DNA of 64,000 nucleotides, taken from Nitrospirota bacterium (lineage in GTDB: Bacteria; Nitrospirota; UBA9217). Shown here one piece after another: positions 49,205 to 60,585 of the stretch. Position 1 is the first letter of the stretch, and every line of letters starts with the position of its first letter. The stretch is taken from NCBI GenBank assembly GCA_963737155.1, contig CAVTRN010000002.1, forward strand, positions 2,688,001 through 2,752,000, given 5' to 3'. The notes beneath the pieces were generated by a model. That model worked only from the letters and a program-made list of their open reading frames with translations, had not been told where the DNA came from and made no database searches. Position numbers and translations under genes: made by a program.

Positions 49205-50374
49205 ATGTCAAATAACTCAAAAGAAGAATTTCTTCCTTTTTCCCGGCCGTCCATCGATCAGGCCGCCATCGACGAAGTGGTGGCGTGCCTTAAATCAGGC
49301 TGGATTACCACCGGTCCCCGAGTCAAACAGTTCGAGGAGGATCTGAAAGCTTATGTAGGCGCGCCGTACGTTTTGGCTCTCAACTCTGCAACCGCCGGCC
49401 TCCACCTTGCGCTCGTTGCCCTGGACCTCAAACCAGACGAAGAAGTTATCACAACGCCCATGACCTTCGCGGCCACGCTGAACACGATCGTGCTTGCAGG
49501 CGGGAAACCGGTCCTCGTCGATGTCGAGCCCGGGACTTATAACATGGATGTGACGAAGCTTGAAAAGGCGGTCACGCAACGCACCCGCGCCATTATGCCC
49601 GTACACTTTGCCGGCCTTCCAGTGGACCTCGATCCACTCTACGATGTCGCGAAGAAACATAACCTTCGCGTCATTGAGGACGCGGCCCATGCTATCGGCA
49701 CGGAGTACAAAGGCAGGCGCATCGGCGGATTCGGCGATATCCAGGTATTCAGCTTCCACCCGAACAAGAATATGACGACTGGCGAAGGCGGATGCGTGGT
49801 CACGCGGGACGAAAAACTCACCTCGGACATCGCCCTGCTCCGTTTCCATGGCATGGACCGGGAAGCGTGGAACCGGTTCGGCAAAAAAGGCAACCAGCAT
49901 TACGAGATCATCACGCCGGGATTTAAATATAACATGATGGACATCCAGGCCGCCTTGGGGCTGCACCAGCTAAAGCAGCTCAACGGCTTCATCAGGCGCC
50001 GAACCGAACTTGCGCTCCGGTACCACAAGCTGCTCAAGAACTGGCCCCAATGGACCCTGACCGCGGCTCCAACTTATCCCCACCTTCACGCCTGGCATCT
50101 ATACACGCCGCTCATCAATCCCGAGTCGGCGAAGATGGACCGGGACGCGTTCATGCAGGGGATGAAGGAGCGCAACATTGGGACAGGCCTGCATTACCGC
50201 GCCGTACATCTCTACCCGTACTACAGGGAACACTTCGGCTTCAAGCAGGGTGATTTTCCGAATGCCGAGAACATCTCAGATCGCATCGTGAGCCTACCGC
50301 TGTTCCCCGCCATGAATGATGAGGACCAAGACCGCGTGGTCGCAGCTATGGCTGACCTGTTCAAGAGGAAGTAA
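49205..50374 (+). CDS. arnB: DegT/DnrJ aminotransferase (ArnB-like)
   Basis: SGWITTGP, IEDAAHA, FSFHPNKNMTTGEGG, GFKYNM. Confidence 0.88.
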   Translation: MSNNSKEEFLPFSRPSIDQAAIDEVVACLKSGWITTGPRVKQFEEDLKAYVGAPYVLALNSATAGLHLALVALDLKPDEEVITTPMTFAATLNTIVLAGGKPVLVDVEPGTYNMDVTKLEKAVTQRTRAIMPVHFAGLPVDLDPLYDVAKKHNLRVIEDAAHAIGTEYKGRRIGGFGDIQVFSFHPNKNMTTGEGGCVVTRDEKLTSDIALLRFHGMDREAWNRFGKKGNQHYEIITPGFKYNMMDIQAALGLHQLKQLNGFIRRRTELALRYHKLLKNWPQWTLTAAPTYPHLHAWHLYTPLINPESAKMDRDAFMQGMKERNIGTGLHYRAVHLYPYYREHFGFKQGDFPNAENISDRIVSLPLFPAMNDEDQDRVVAAMADLFKRK

Positions 50375-50378
50375 GCCC

Positions 50379-51317
50379 ATGAAACCCTATATCAGCATAG
50401 TTATCCCGGTTTACAACGAACAGGACAATCTCGAGGCCCTCTTCACACGCCTGACGGCGGTGATGGACAAAACGGGAAAACCCTACGAAATTCTGTTCAC
50501 GAACGACGGTAGCCGCGACCGTTCCCGGGATATACTCAAGGATTTTTTTAAGCGGCGTCCTGGTACCATTCGTGTCATCAACTTCAACGGAAATTTCGGT
50601 CAGCACATGGCCATCATGGCCGCCTTCGAACGGGTGCAGGGCGAGGTGGTTGTAACGCTTGATGCGGACCTTCAGAATCCGCCCGAGGAAATTCCGAAGC
50701 TTCTCGCGGCAATCGAAGCGGGACATGACGTTGTGGGGGGATACCGCAAAAACCGCCAGGATAACTTCTTCAGGAAGTATGTATCGAAGGTAATAAACGG
50801 AATCCGTGCGAAGATCACCAATATCCGCATGCGGGACCAGGGCTGCATGCTCCGCGCGTACCGGAAGAACATTATCGACAGCATTGTGGCGAGCGAGGAG
50901 ACCTCAACGTTCATCCCGGCGCTCGCTTACAGCTATGCGGCCAATCCTGCTGAGGTGGAAGTCGAGCATGCGGCACGGGCGGCAGGTGAATCCAAGTACC
51001 GCCTCTATGACCTGATCCGTTTGAACTTCGATCTCATGACTGGATTCTCCATCGTGCCACTCCAGGTGTTCACCGTCTTCGGCATTGTCGTTTCTATGCT
51101 TAGTACTCTCTTCGTGGTTTACCTGTTCATACGCCGCCTAGTAGTAGGCCCCGAGGCTGAGGGGGTATTCACCCTTTTCGCAATACTCTATTTTCTCGTC
51201 GGAATCGCTATCATGGGTCTCGGCATCATCGGCGAATATATCGGAAGAATCTATAAGGAAGTGAGGCGCAGACCGCGGTTCGTGATCCGCGACGTCTACG
51301 AAAAAATCAATGACTAA
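50379..51317 (+). CDS. arnC: Undecaprenyl-phosphate 4-deoxy-4-formamido-L-arabinose transferase
   Basis: IPVYNE, NFGQHMAI, TLDADLQNPPEEIP, DQGCMLRAY, GEYIGRIY. Confidence 0.88.
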   Translation: MKPYISIVIPVYNEQDNLEALFTRLTAVMDKTGKPYEILFTNDGSRDRSRDILKDFFKRRPGTIRVINFNGNFGQHMAIMAAFERVQGEVVVTLDADLQNPPEEIPKLLAAIEAGHDVVGGYRKNRQDNFFRKYVSKVINGIRAKITNIRMRDQGCMLRAYRKNIIDSIVASEETSTFIPALAYSYAANPAEVEVEHAARAAGESKYRLYDLIRLNFDLMTGFSIVPLQVFTVFGIVVSMLSTLFVVYLFIRRLVVGPEAEGVFTLFAILYFLVGIAIMGLGIIGEYIGRIYKEVRRRPRFVIRDVYEKIND

Positions 51318-52209
51318 ACCAGCCATCCTTGTTTTCGCGTACCATGATGTCGGCTATGAATGCCTGGACGCTCTGATACAGAATGACGAATATGTGCTCG
51401 CCGTCATAACGCACAAAGACAATCCGGACGAAGAAATCTGGTTCCGTTCCGTCGAGGGTCTGGCAAAAAAGTACGGTATTCCGGTCCATACCCCGGAGTC
51501 GGTGAATACTCCGGATTGGATTGCGCGGATTCGATTCTGGGAACCGGACCTGATTTTCTCCTTCTATTACCGCAACATGATCAAAGAAGAGGTTCTAAGC
51601 ATTCCGCACCTCGGCGCGTTCAACATGCACGGCTCGCTCCTCCCAAAATACCGTGGCCGTGTGCCGATCAATTGGGCTATCCTGAACGGCGAAAAGGAAA
51701 CAGGCGTGACGCTCCATCATATGGTGAAACGCGCAGACGCAGGTGACATCGTAGACCAGGAAACGGTACCTATCGGCCCGGATGAGACGGCGCGGGAAGT
51801 TTTCGCCAAATGCGCCAAGGCTGCGCGTCTTGTTCTCGATCGACAGCTGGAGGCCCTGAAAACGGGGACCGCCCAGCGGCGCAAGCAAGATGAATCGCAA
51901 GCTACCTATTTCGGTGGCCGCAGACCTGAGGACGGGCGCATCGACTGGACACAGAGCGCAGAAAAAATATATAATCTCATCCGCGCCGTGACTCAACCCT
52001 ATCCCGGAGCCTTCACTGACTCTGGCGGGAAACGGTTGTTCATCTGGTGGGCTACACCTCTTCCCGGAGCCGGCGGCACGCCAGGTCAGGTCATTTCAAC
52101 AAATCCGCTCAGAGTGGCCACGGGCATGGGAACACTCGATATCGTTAATTGGGAATGGGAAGATGATGACACGCGCGAATTGAGCACAGATCAAATACTG
52201 GGATCCTGA
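51310..52209 (+). CDS. Formyltransferase (stand-alone ArnA N-terminal domain)
   Basis: VFAYHDVG, FSFYYR, NMHGSLLPKYRG, IRAVTQPYPGAF. Confidence 0.9.
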   Translation: MTKPAILVFAYHDVGYECLDALIQNDEYVLAVITHKDNPDEEIWFRSVEGLAKKYGIPVHTPESVNTPDWIARIRFWEPDLIFSFYYRNMIKEEVLSIPHLGAFNMHGSLLPKYRGRVPINWAILNGEKETGVTLHHMVKRADAGDIVDQETVPIGPDETAREVFAKCAKAARLVLDRQLEALKTGTAQRRKQDESQATYFGGRRPEDGRIDWTQSAEKIYNLIRAVTQPYPGAFTDSGGKRLFIWWATPLPGAGGTPGQVISTNPLRVATGMGTLDIVNWEWEDDDTRELSTDQILGS

Positions 52210-52317
52210 CCACCCCGCTGTCCAGCACTCGTTGATTCTTGTTGTAATTGCGTCATCGCCCGTTCCAGAAGCAGGTTTGCACCCAGCCAGGCTTCACAAG
52301 CCCGGTGATTATCTAAA

Positions 52318-52410
52318 ATGTTGCTATTCTACAAACCTTGCCAGATATTAGGTGTAAACGGTTTCATCGGTAGCAGTTTTACGGGGATAACGATGGAGTT
52401 GGATGAGTAG
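52318..52410 (+). pseudogene. Remnant of the ArnA decarboxylase (UDP-GlcA dehydrogenase/decarboxylase) gene
   Basis: Translates MLLFYKPCQILGVNGFIGSSFTG...*; ILGVNGFIG is the Rossmann motif starting the ArnA decarboxylase, at the expected operon position. Confidence 0.7.
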
Positions 52411-52582
52411 CAGAAAAAGAATGTGTAATACACAGACCGAAGTCCTAGGCCGGCATTTCTTCGTGCCCGAAATCGTAATAATGATTTTGTTTTTGCGTTT
52501 ATCTCGTATTTTCTGTTCCCGGCTTGAGCAATTAAGAGGATATCTGCATCATGATTCTCCATTCTGACTCATTATCTATATC

Positions 52583-53482
52583 ATGACCGATCTTGCAATC
52601 AGAATCGACGTTGACACCGACCGGGGCACGCGCATCGGCGTACCAAATCTCCTCGCCCTGTTCGACGAATTCGGCATCAAGGCTACGTTTCTCTTTTCCC
52701 TTGGTCCCGATAATACAGGCCGCGCCATAAAGCGTATTTTCCGTCCTGGGTTCCTGAGCAAAGTAAGCCGCACAAGCGTTATATCTACCTATGGCATTCG
52801 CACGCTCCTGAACGGCGTACTCCTGCCCGGACCGCATGTAGGTCGGAGAAACGAAGGCGTCATGAAGCTTACGCAGGACAAGAGTCATGAGGTCGGCATT
52901 CATTGCTACGATCACATCCGCTGGCAGGACGGCCTTGCAAAAATGACTCGTGATGAAGTGTTCGAAGAGTTCGGCAAGGCACGGCGGGAATTCGAGAGGA
53001 TTTTTGGCGAACGGGCAAAGACGGCAACCGCAGCGGGATGGCAGGCAAATGCTTACAGCCTCGCTGCCTATGACGATGCGGAACTCCTTTACGCAGGCGA
53101 TGCCCGTGGTCGTCATCCTTTCTTCCCCCGTGTACAGGGCGCTGTATATCGGACGATGCAGGTTCCCACTACCCTCCCGACGCTTGATGAACTGCTTGGA
53201 CGGCCGGGATATTCTAAGGACTGTCTTGCCGATCATTATCTGTCCCTGCTGCGGCCTGAAACCTTGAATGTTCTTACCATACACGCGGAAGTCGAGGGCA
53301 TGAGCAACCTCGCCTTCTTCTGGTCCCTTCTCAATCGGTTCAGAACACGCGGTATTCAGATCGTGAGGCTTGATGACCGGGTAAAAGAGCTTCTGAAAAA
53401 CCCTCCTTCGATTCCCGTTTGCGATCTCGTTCCGGGTGCCGTAGACGGACGCAGTGGTACTATTGCCCTCCAAAAACAATAA
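52583..53482 (+). CDS. arnD: ArnD-like deformylase (polysaccharide deacetylase family)
   Basis: RIDVDT.RGT, SLGPDNTGR, HEVGIH..DH..WQD, QVPTTLPT.DE, TIHAEVEG. Confidence 0.88.
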   Translation: MTDLAIRIDVDTDRGTRIGVPNLLALFDEFGIKATFLFSLGPDNTGRAIKRIFRPGFLSKVSRTSVISTYGIRTLLNGVLLPGPHVGRRNEGVMKLTQDKSHEVGIHCYDHIRWQDGLAKMTRDEVFEEFGKARREFERIFGERAKTATAAGWQANAYSLAAYDDAELLYAGDARGRHPFFPRVQGAVYRTMQVPTTLPTLDELLGRPGYSKDCLADHYLSLLRPETLNVLTIHAEVEGMSNLAFFWSLLNRFRTRGIQIVRLDDRVKELLKNPPSIPVCDLVPGAVDGRSGTIALQKQ

Positions 53483-53603
53483 AACTTCCAACACAAGGCA
53501 CTGCGGCAACGAACGGCAGGGCATATCCATGAAGACAACATGGCACATGCTTGCCTTGGATGTTGTTTTCCCGTCAAAAACAATCTTTATCATCAGATTT
53601 TTT

Positions 53604-53632
53604 TTGACAATCCCACGTTATTCCATTATATT
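53604..53632 (+). promoter_or_regulatory. Sigma70-like promoter of mtnA
   Basis: TTGACA-17 bp-TATATT. Confidence 0.55.
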
Positions 53633-53680
53633 GAAAGGGAATCTCAATATTCGCCACATTATCCCTAAAGGAGAGTGTCA

Positions 53681-54742
53681 ATGATCCCTACCGTCGAATG
53701 GAAAGACGGCATCGTTCGCATGCTAGACCAAACCAGACTGCCCTTGGAAACGGTTTACAACGACTGTAAAGACTACCAGACCGTTGCACGGGGGATCAAG
53801 GAACTCTGGGTGCGTGGTGCTCCGGCAATCGGGGTATCGGCTGCCATGGGACTCGCCCTCGGCGCCCGACAGGTGACTGCGGCCACCTTTGAGGAATTTT
53901 GGCCGAAATTCGAGGAGATATGTGCTGTCATGGCGTCAACCCGGCCCACGGCGGTGAATCTCTTTTGGGCCATCGAGCGAATCAAACAATTCGCACAAGC
54001 AAACCGGGAGAAAAGTATCGATGAGATCCGCACCCTCCTCGTAGAAGAATCCCAGCGCATACTAGACGAGGACATTGCAACCAACAAAATGATCGGCAGC
54101 TACGGATCGGTTTTCCTTTCCGATGAAGACAACGTTATAACGCACTGCAACGCAGGTTCGGTCGCCACCGCTGGCTACGGCACGGCAGAAGGTGTCATGC
54201 GCGCCGCGGTCGAGGAAGGGAAAAGGATCCATGTCTATGTCGACGAAACGCGCCCCGTGCTCCAAGGCGCACGTCTGACTGCGTGGGAGCTGATGCAGGA
54301 AAACATCCCCTGCACACTAATCACCGACAACATGGCGGGTTATTTCATGTATCATGATATGATCGACGTAGCCATCGTAGGAGCCGACCGCATTGCGAGA
54401 AACGGCGATGTAGCTAATAAAATCGGTACGTACAGTCTCGCGGTCCTTTGCAAGGTACACGGCATCCCCTTTTATGTTGCCGCTCCGCTCTCTTCTATCG
54501 ATTTCAAGATTGAAGCAGGCTCTTCCATTCCCATCGAGGAACGCAACCCCCGCGAGGTGACCCATCTTCTCGATAAAGTCCAGATCGCGCCAAGCGGCGT
54601 GAACGTGGCAAACCCAGCCTTTGATATTACGCCGGCCCGGTACATCACGGCTATCATTACCGAAAAGGGGGCGTTCCATGCGAAGGATATCCACAAACTT
54701 GCCGACAACAAAACCGACCCGGAAAGCTTCAGATTGAAATAA
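53681..54742 (+). CDS. mtnA: S-methyl-5-thioribose-1-phosphate isomerase
   Basis: [47 protein letters not shown]. Confidence 0.95.
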   Translation: MIPTVEWKDGIVRMLDQTRLPLETVYNDCKDYQTVARGIKELWVRGAPAIGVSAAMGLALGARQVTAATFEEFWPKFEEICAVMASTRPTAVNLFWAIERIKQFAQANREKSIDEIRTLLVEESQRILDEDIATNKMIGSYGSVFLSDEDNVITHCNAGSVATAGYGTAEGVMRAAVEEGKRIHVYVDETRPVLQGARLTAWELMQENIPCTLITDNMAGYFMYHDMIDVAIVGADRIARNGDVANKIGTYSLAVLCKVHGIPFYVAAPLSSIDFKIEAGSSIPIEERNPREVTHLLDKVQIAPSGVNVANPAFDITPARYITAIITEKGAFHAKDIHKLADNKTDPESFRLK

Positions 54743-54864
54743 CACCAGCTACACAGCATGAGGAATCGATTGTCTTCTTAACGCATGACTGAGAAGAAGC
54801 CTGAACTTTGGACTTTGATACTCGAAAATCCTGCATGGCAATCTATTCCCCGGCGGAGGGCTTA

Positions 54865-55959
54865 ATGAAGCAAACTGTTCTTTATCTGAAACACGAACTA
54901 ATGAAAGCGAAGATGACTGAATATCAGGGATGGCAGATCCCCCTGCAGTTTGCTGGTATGCAGGACGAGTATCATGCTGTCCGCCATACCGCGGGCCTTT
55001 TCGACATTAGCTATCTGGGGAGAATCGAGGTCACTGGCCCCGGGGCTCCCGCCCTGCTTCAGAACATCATAACCTCAAACCTGTCGAAAATTCCCGAGGG
55101 TTCTGCCCACTATGGCCTTATCTGCAATGATGCTGGACGCATTCTTGACGATATTTTCATCCACCACCTCGCCACCGCAAAGACTCCGGGCGGCCGCTAC
55201 CTTCTATCAACTAATGCGTCCAATACCGAGAAAATACTGAACTGGCTCAAAAAGCACGCTTCAGGAGATGTGCAGATCGATGACCGGTCGCAGGCCACAG
55301 CGCAGCTCTCCCTTCAGGGCCCGAAATCACACCACATCATGGAAAAACTTCCTGGCTTGCACTTTAAAAGATTGAAACTCCGGTCGATCCGGGACATGAC
55401 ATACGCCGATACGTCGGTGCTCGTGCTGCGGAGTGGCTATACCGGGGAGCACGGATATGAGATCGTTGTTACCGCGGACCACGCAGAAGCACTCTGGGAC
55501 GCCCTGCTGACCGCTGGCGCCGATGAGGGCGTACTTCCCTGCGGTTTCGCATGCAGGGACATCCTGCGCCTTGAAATGGGTTACCTTATGTACGGTTATG
55601 ACATTGATGAGACACGTACACCTATCGAAGCCGGGTTGTCCCGATTTGTCGATTTCAAGAAAGAATTCATCGGCAAAGACTCCCTGCAGCGTATCAAAAC
55701 CGAGGGACCGAAACAGAAGCTGGCTGGCTTTGTTCTGCTCGACAAAGCAGTTCCGAAAAACGGGGGCAGCATCTACTCTGAAAACCGAGAAATAGGCACG
55801 GTAACGAGCGGGGGGCAGTCACCCCACTTGCGCAAGGGCATCGGTTTAGGCTATGTTTTCAGCCGTTATGCGCAGCCTGGACAGGAGATAGAAATAGAAG
55901 TCCGCGATCGCGAAATTGCCGCAAAGATAGTGGATATGCCCTTTTATCGGATAAAGTGA
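54865..55959 (+). CDS. gcvT: Glycine cleavage system aminomethyltransferase T
   Basis: AGLFDIS, SGYTGEHGYE, RDILRLEMG. Confidence 0.88.
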   Translation: MKQTVLYLKHELMKAKMTEYQGWQIPLQFAGMQDEYHAVRHTAGLFDISYLGRIEVTGPGAPALLQNIITSNLSKIPEGSAHYGLICNDAGRILDDIFIHHLATAKTPGGRYLLSTNASNTEKILNWLKKHASGDVQIDDRSQATAQLSLQGPKSHHIMEKLPGLHFKRLKLRSIRDMTYADTSVLVLRSGYTGEHGYEIVVTADHAEALWDALLTAGADEGVLPCGFACRDILRLEMGYLMYGYDIDETRTPIEAGLSRFVDFKKEFIGKDSLQRIKTEGPKQKLAGFVLLDKAVPKNGGSIYSENREIGTVTSGGQSPHLRKGIGLGYVFSRYAQPGQEIEIEVRDREIAAKIVDMPFYRIK

Positions 55960-56109
55960 TCGTCCTGCCAAGACGCCTCTCCAACTATCTCTACGATAAG
56001 GGTCTCGTAAAAAAATTTGCATCATGGATCTGTCCGACATTTCATGCCCAAAAAGGCAGCATTGCATTAGAAACGTGTTGGAACGGTTTTTATAATTTTG
56101 TGTAGTGAT

Positions 56110-56148
56110 AAAAAAAGGCGTTGCCGATTTAAGCCCGGCAGCACCTTC
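56110..56148 (-). terminator. Probable terminator downstream of apt (convergent with gcvT)
   Basis: AAGGTGCTGCCG...CGGCAACGCCTT followed by a T run on the minus strand. Confidence 0.5.
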
Positions 56149-56173
56149 GTCAATCCTCAGTCAATGTAACGGC

Positions 56174-56707
56174 TTAATCTCCTTCAAACTCTGTCAATGC
56201 GAAAACATTATATCCCTTTTTTAGCAGTTTTTCCTTTCCACCTACCTCTGGCAAATCGACGATAAAGGCCATCTCCACCACAATTGCACCGAGTTTTTCG
56301 ATGAGGGCTGCGGCTGCTAGCGCCGTGCCGCCGGTTGCAAGGAGGTCATCGATGAGAAGCACACGTTCGTTTTTCGTCAGCGCATCCTTGTGGATCTCGA
56401 TGCGATCCGAACCGTACTCAAGCGAGTACTCCTGGGACACGACCTCGGCAGGAAGTTTGCCCTTCTTGCGAATCGGGACAAATCCCCTTCCGAGCGTATA
56501 TGCCAGCGCCGAGCCAATAATGAAACCCCGCGACTCAATGCCGACAATCATGTCGAAATCGAAATCCGCATGAATATACCGTTGAGTCAGCGTATCAATA
56601 ACGAGCCGGAACCCAACAGGGTCCTTGAGAAGCGTGGTGATATCGCGGAACATAATTCCCTTTTTGGGATAATCGGGTATGGTTCTGATCCTGGATTTAA
56701 TCGTCAT
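56174..56707 (-). CDS. apt: Adenine phosphoribosyltransferase
   Basis: IPDYPKKGIMFRDIT, IRKKGKLP, IDDLLATGGT. Confidence 0.96.
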   Translation of the reverse strand: MTIKSRIRTIPDYPKKGIMFRDITTLLKDPVGFRLVIDTLTQRYIHADFDFDMIVGIESRGFIIGSALAYTLGRGFVPIRKKGKLPAEVVSQEYSLEYGSDRIEIHKDALTKNERVLLIDDLLATGGTALAAAALIEKLGAIVVEMAFIVDLPEVGGKEKLLKKGYNVFALTEFEGD

Positions 56708-56812
56708 CCTTCTCCCCTTCAGTAATTTTCCCGCAACGCGGCAAGAAGCCACACGGTGATTTTTTCACCCTGAACACGACGCTCTCCATCCTTGTTCCCT
56801 GTTTTCTGGGCA

Positions 56813-57394
56813 TTAGCAATTCCCGTCTTCAACCTCTCCGATTTCTTTGTTCCGTTCCACGCCGATCCGATACAGGTCTTCTCCATGAACGTCATTCACG
56901 ACGATCGCAGGGAAATTTTCCACTTCGAGCCGCATCACGGCTTCGGTCCCAAGCTCAGGATAGGCTACAACCTCGGCTTTTTTGATGGTCTTGGATATAA
57001 GCGCTCCCGCTCCGCCGATAGCCGCGAGATAGACGGCTTTATATTTTCTGATCGCGTCCTTTACTTCCTGTCCGCGAGGCCCTTTGCCGATCATTCCCTT
57101 CAGCCCGAGTTCAAGCAGTGCAGGAGTATACTTGTCCATGCGGTAACTCGTGGTTGGCCCTGCGGATCCGATGACCCTTCCCGGCGGTGCGGGTGTCGGC
57201 CCGGTGTAATAAAGGATTTGGCCCTTGAGATCGAAAGGTAGCTTTCCCCCCTTTTCGCAATCTTCAATCATGTACTTGTGCGCCATATCCCTGCCAGTGT
57301 AGATGACACCGGTAATGACCACAGGATCTCCTGCCCTAAGCTTTACGATTATGTCGTCCGTCAGGGGAGGACGCAGTAAAATGTGATCAGACAT
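56813..57394 (-). CDS. Fe-S fumarate hydratase beta subunit
   Basis: TGRDMAH, GPTTSYRM, MIGKG, GGAGAL. Confidence 0.92.
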   Translation of the reverse strand: MSDHILLRPPLTDDIIVKLRAGDPVVITGVIYTGRDMAHKYMIEDCEKGGKLPFDLKGQILYYTGPTPAPPGRVIGSAGPTTSYRMDKYTPALLELGLKGMIGKGPRGQEVKDAIRKYKAVYLAAIGGAGALISKTIKKAEVVAYPELGTEAVMRLEVENFPAIVVNDVHGEDLYRIGVERNKEIGEVEDGNC

Positions 57395-57491
57395 GATACA
57401 CCTCTCCGGGCATGGCCCCTCGAGCATGACGAACAGGCTTCAATGACAACCTTCATGATGCAGCTCGTGTTTTGCGCTCTCTACTCTCAAA

Positions 57492-58331
57492 TCATAGAAT
57501 AATCGTTTTGTGCCGTGCAGCATGACAATTAATATTCACCGCCACGGGAAAGCTCGCGATGTGGCAGGGGAAGCTTTCAACATTCACCGCCATAGCCGTT
57601 ACCTTACCTCCCAGCCCCTCAGGCCCGATACCGGTCTTGTTTACGGTCTTCAGCAGCGTTTCCTCGAGTGAAGCCAACTCCAGTTTGGCGTTCGGACTGC
57701 CCACGGGTCTGAGAAGAGCCTTCTTTGCAAGGAGCGCCGCCTTCTCGAAGTCACCGCCAATACCCACACCGATAACGACCGGAGGGCAGGGGTTCGCACC
57801 CGCTTTCTGCACGCACTCAAGCACAAAACTCCTGATGCCCTCAATGCCCTCAGTGGGACGCAGCATCCGGATCGCACTCATGTTTTCGCTACCCCCTCCC
57901 TTGGGCATGAATGAAATCCTGAGCTTGTCGCCAGGCACTAGTTCGGTGTAAATGATGGCCGGCGTGTTGTCACCCGTGTTCTTTCGGGAAATAGGGTCTA
58001 CTACGGATTTACGGAGAAAGCCCTCCTTGTATCCCTTGCGAACGCCTTCATTAATGGCGTCCATGAGAAAACCGTTTTTTATCCGCAGGTCCTGGCCGAT
58101 CTCTACGAAGAAAATTGCGATCCCTGTGTCTTGGCACACGGGAATACGTTCCTCCCGGGCGATGCGGGCGTTCTCCTTCAGGAGCCCGATGATTTCCTTT
58201 GCCGCGGGCGCCGTCTCGGTCTCCAGCGCCCAGTCAAAAGCTGTCATCACATCGTCGCTCACGTTATATGCCGCGTCGATGCAGATTTGAGCCACATTGT
58301 CCCTTATTTCATCTACGTGAATTTCGCGCAT
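57492..58331 (-). CDS. Fe-S fumarate hydratase alpha subunit
   Basis: PVCQDTG, KGGGSEN, ANPCPP, PCHIAS, NCHAARH. Confidence 0.93.
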   Translation of the reverse strand: MREIHVDEIRDNVAQICIDAAYNVSDDVMTAFDWALETETAPAAKEIIGLLKENARIAREERIPVCQDTGIAIFFVEIGQDLRIKNGFLMDAINEGVRKGYKEGFLRKSVVDPISRKNTGDNTPAIIYTELVPGDKLRISFMPKGGGSENMSAIRMLRPTEGIEGIRSFVLECVQKAGANPCPPVVIGVGIGGDFEKAALLAKKALLRPVGSPNAKLELASLEETLLKTVNKTGIGPEGLGGKVTAMAVNVESFPCHIASFPVAVNINCHAARHKTIIL

Positions 58332-59236
58332 GCCGATCTCACAGCCTCTACTGATTTCATAAACGCCATGTTCTCTTCGGCGTTCAGCTTGATCTCGATA
58401 ACTTGTTCAACCCCGCCCGCTCCAAGCTTCACCGGCACACCGACGAAGACCTCCTTGACGCCATATTCGCCGGCAAGACAGGTGGAACAGGAAAGAATCT
58501 TTTTCTTGTCCAACAAAACGGCTTCGACCATCTCCAGCGTTGCCGCCGAGGGAGCATAATAGGCGCTCCCTGTCTTGAGCTGCGCAACAATTTCTGCGCC
58601 TCCATTCCGGGTGCGCTCGACCAACTTGTCTATAGTCTCTTTTTTCATCAATTCCGTGATTGGGATCCCCGCCACCGTAGAGTACCGCGGCAGCGGCACC
58701 ATGGTGTCGCCATGCCCACCGAGCACAAAGGCATGAGTGTTCTCAACCGAAACCTGCAGCTCCAAGGCGATAAAGGTGCGGAAACGCGCCGAGTCCAGTA
58801 CACCACCCATGCCTATCACCCGCTCGCGCGGGAAACCGCTGGCCTTCATGGCGACATAGGCCATGATGTCCATGGGGTTCGTGACTACAATCATAACCGC
58901 CCGGGGTGAACGCTTCCCGGTTTCCTCAGCAACTTTCTTTACGATAGTGCCATTCGCTGCAAGAAGGTCATCGCGGCTCATACCCGGTTTGCGTGCCAGG
59001 CCGGCTGTAATCACTATAATATCGGAACCCGCGGTTTCATCATAGCTGTTCACGCCGATGACTTTGGTATCATAACCCATCACCGGTCCGGCTTCAAGCA
59101 GGTCAAGCCCCTTTCCTTGCGGAACGCCCTCGACCACATCCACCATCACAACATCCGCCAGCCGGGTTTCTGCAATCCTCTGCACCAGCGTTGCTCCGAC
59201 ATTGCCTGCGCCAACGACTGTTACTTTCTTCCTCAC
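58313..59236 (-). CDS. mdh: Malate dehydrogenase (LDH-like)
   Basis: [29 protein letters not shown]. Confidence 0.95.
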   Translation of the reverse strand: MRKKVTVVGAGNVGATLVQRIAETRLADVVMVDVVEGVPQGKGLDLLEAGPVMGYDTKVIGVNSYDETAGSDIIVITAGLARKPGMSRDDLLAANGTIVKKVAEETGKRSPRAVMIVVTNPMDIMAYVAMKASGFPRERVIGMGGVLDSARFRTFIALELQVSVENTHAFVLGGHGDTMVPLPRYSTVAGIPITELMKKETIDKLVERTRNGGAEIVAQLKTGSAYYAPSAATLEMVEAVLLDKKKILSCSTCLAGEYGVKEVFVGVPVKLGAGGVEQVIEIKLNAEENMAFMKSVEAVRSACAKFT

Positions 59237-59283
59237 TCCGCGACCTCCCTTTTTTACTGCGATTTAAATTAATTTGTGTAATG

Positions 59284-60585
59284 TTATAATTTTGTGACCT
59301 TTACTTTCGTGATTTTTCTTCCCTCAAGCTCAAGCACTTCGAGTTTGAGGTTCCGATACTTTAGCTGCTCGCCTACCTTGGGCATTCTGCCAAAAAGCCC
59401 AAATACGAAGCCACCGAGGGTGTTGAAGTCCAGGGACAGAAGATTTGTGCCGATCAATTCGTTTACTTCATCAAGGGCGGACTGACCTGAAACGACAAAG
59501 TTCTTCTCATCAACCACCTCCACATCCTTCTCCTCGGCTTCCAATTCGTCGTGAATGCTGCCCACGATCTCCTCGATCAAATCCTCGAGGGTTACGAGGC
59601 CGGATGTTCCGCCGTACTCGTCGATAACGATGGCAAGCTGGAATCGATCGCGCTGCATTTCCGACAACAATTCGCTCACCCGCTTGTTCTCGGGGATGAA
59701 GTATGCCTGCCTGATAAATTGTTGAATCCCCCCTTGGCGCTTCACCTCGCCCCCAGACATGGCGACAAGAATATCCTTGATATAGAGAATGCCGATGACC
59801 GTATCAACCGTATCCTCGATGACAGGGTAGCGTGAATAACCGAACTCGGCTACGAGGGCGAATACCTCCTGAAGTGTAATATTCGACGGGACACTCACGA
59901 TCTCAGTCCTGGGCCTCATGGCCTGTGAAGCAAGCGTGTCTCCGAACTCGAAGACCTTGTGCAGCAGTTCCTTCTCTTCCTCCTTGAGAGAACCCCGTTC
60001 CTCGCCAAGGTTGATCATTGCCTTGATATCATCTTCGGTGACTACCGCCGCACAGGACAAGCCCTGCGCCCCCGGTCCGACAATGAAGTCCGCTGCCCGT
60101 GAAAACATGCTATTCAGGGGGGAGAAAAACCTGCTTATGACTTGAAGTGTCGGAGCGACAGCAAGGGAAACGGCAATGGGGTTTCTGCAGGCGACCCCTT
60201 TGGGTACCAGTTTGGCGAAAAAAACAACGAGCACGCTCATCACCACCGCCGCAACAAACACGGCCAGCGCAGTCGGGGCGAAAACACGGAGAGCCATGAT
60301 CGTTCCGAGGACAACTGAGAGAATGATAAGAAAATTTTCAACCAGCATCAGCGACACGTGGAGACGATCTCGGTCCAGCAAAAGTTTGAGTACGGTCTGC
60401 GCCCGTACATTCCCGGTCTCGGACAACTGGCGAAGGTGCGCTTTGTTCGAGAAGACAATGGCCGTCTCAGCACCGGCGCAAAAAGCCGCCAAAAAGGTGC
60501 TCAGGCCGATCGATGTCAACAGCACGATATTGCCGGTTATAATAGTAATAAACGTATCCATAGCAACTGAACAGGCTGTCAACAT
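59284..60585 (-). CDS. CNNM/hemolysin-family protein (DUF21 + CBS pair + CorC/HlyC)
   Basis: GAETA, MRPRTEI, YSRYPV, IDEYGGTSGLVTLEDLIEEIVG, TLGG. Confidence 0.92.
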   Translation of the reverse strand: MLTACSVAMDTFITIITGNIVLLTSIGLSTFLAAFCAGAETAIVFSNKAHLRQLSETGNVRAQTVLKLLLDRDRLHVSLMLVENFLIILSVVLGTIMALRVFAPTALAVFVAAVVMSVLVVFFAKLVPKGVACRNPIAVSLAVAPTLQVISRFFSPLNSMFSRAADFIVGPGAQGLSCAAVVTEDDIKAMINLGEERGSLKEEEKELLHKVFEFGDTLASQAMRPRTEIVSVPSNITLQEVFALVAEFGYSRYPVIEDTVDTVIGILYIKDILVAMSGGEVKRQGGIQQFIRQAYFIPENKRVSELLSEMQRDRFQLAIVIDEYGGTSGLVTLEDLIEEIVGSIHDELEAEEKDVEVVDEKNFVVSGQSALDEVNELIGTNLLSLDFNTLGGFVFGLFGRMPKVGEQLKYRNLKLEVLELEGRKITKVKVTKL

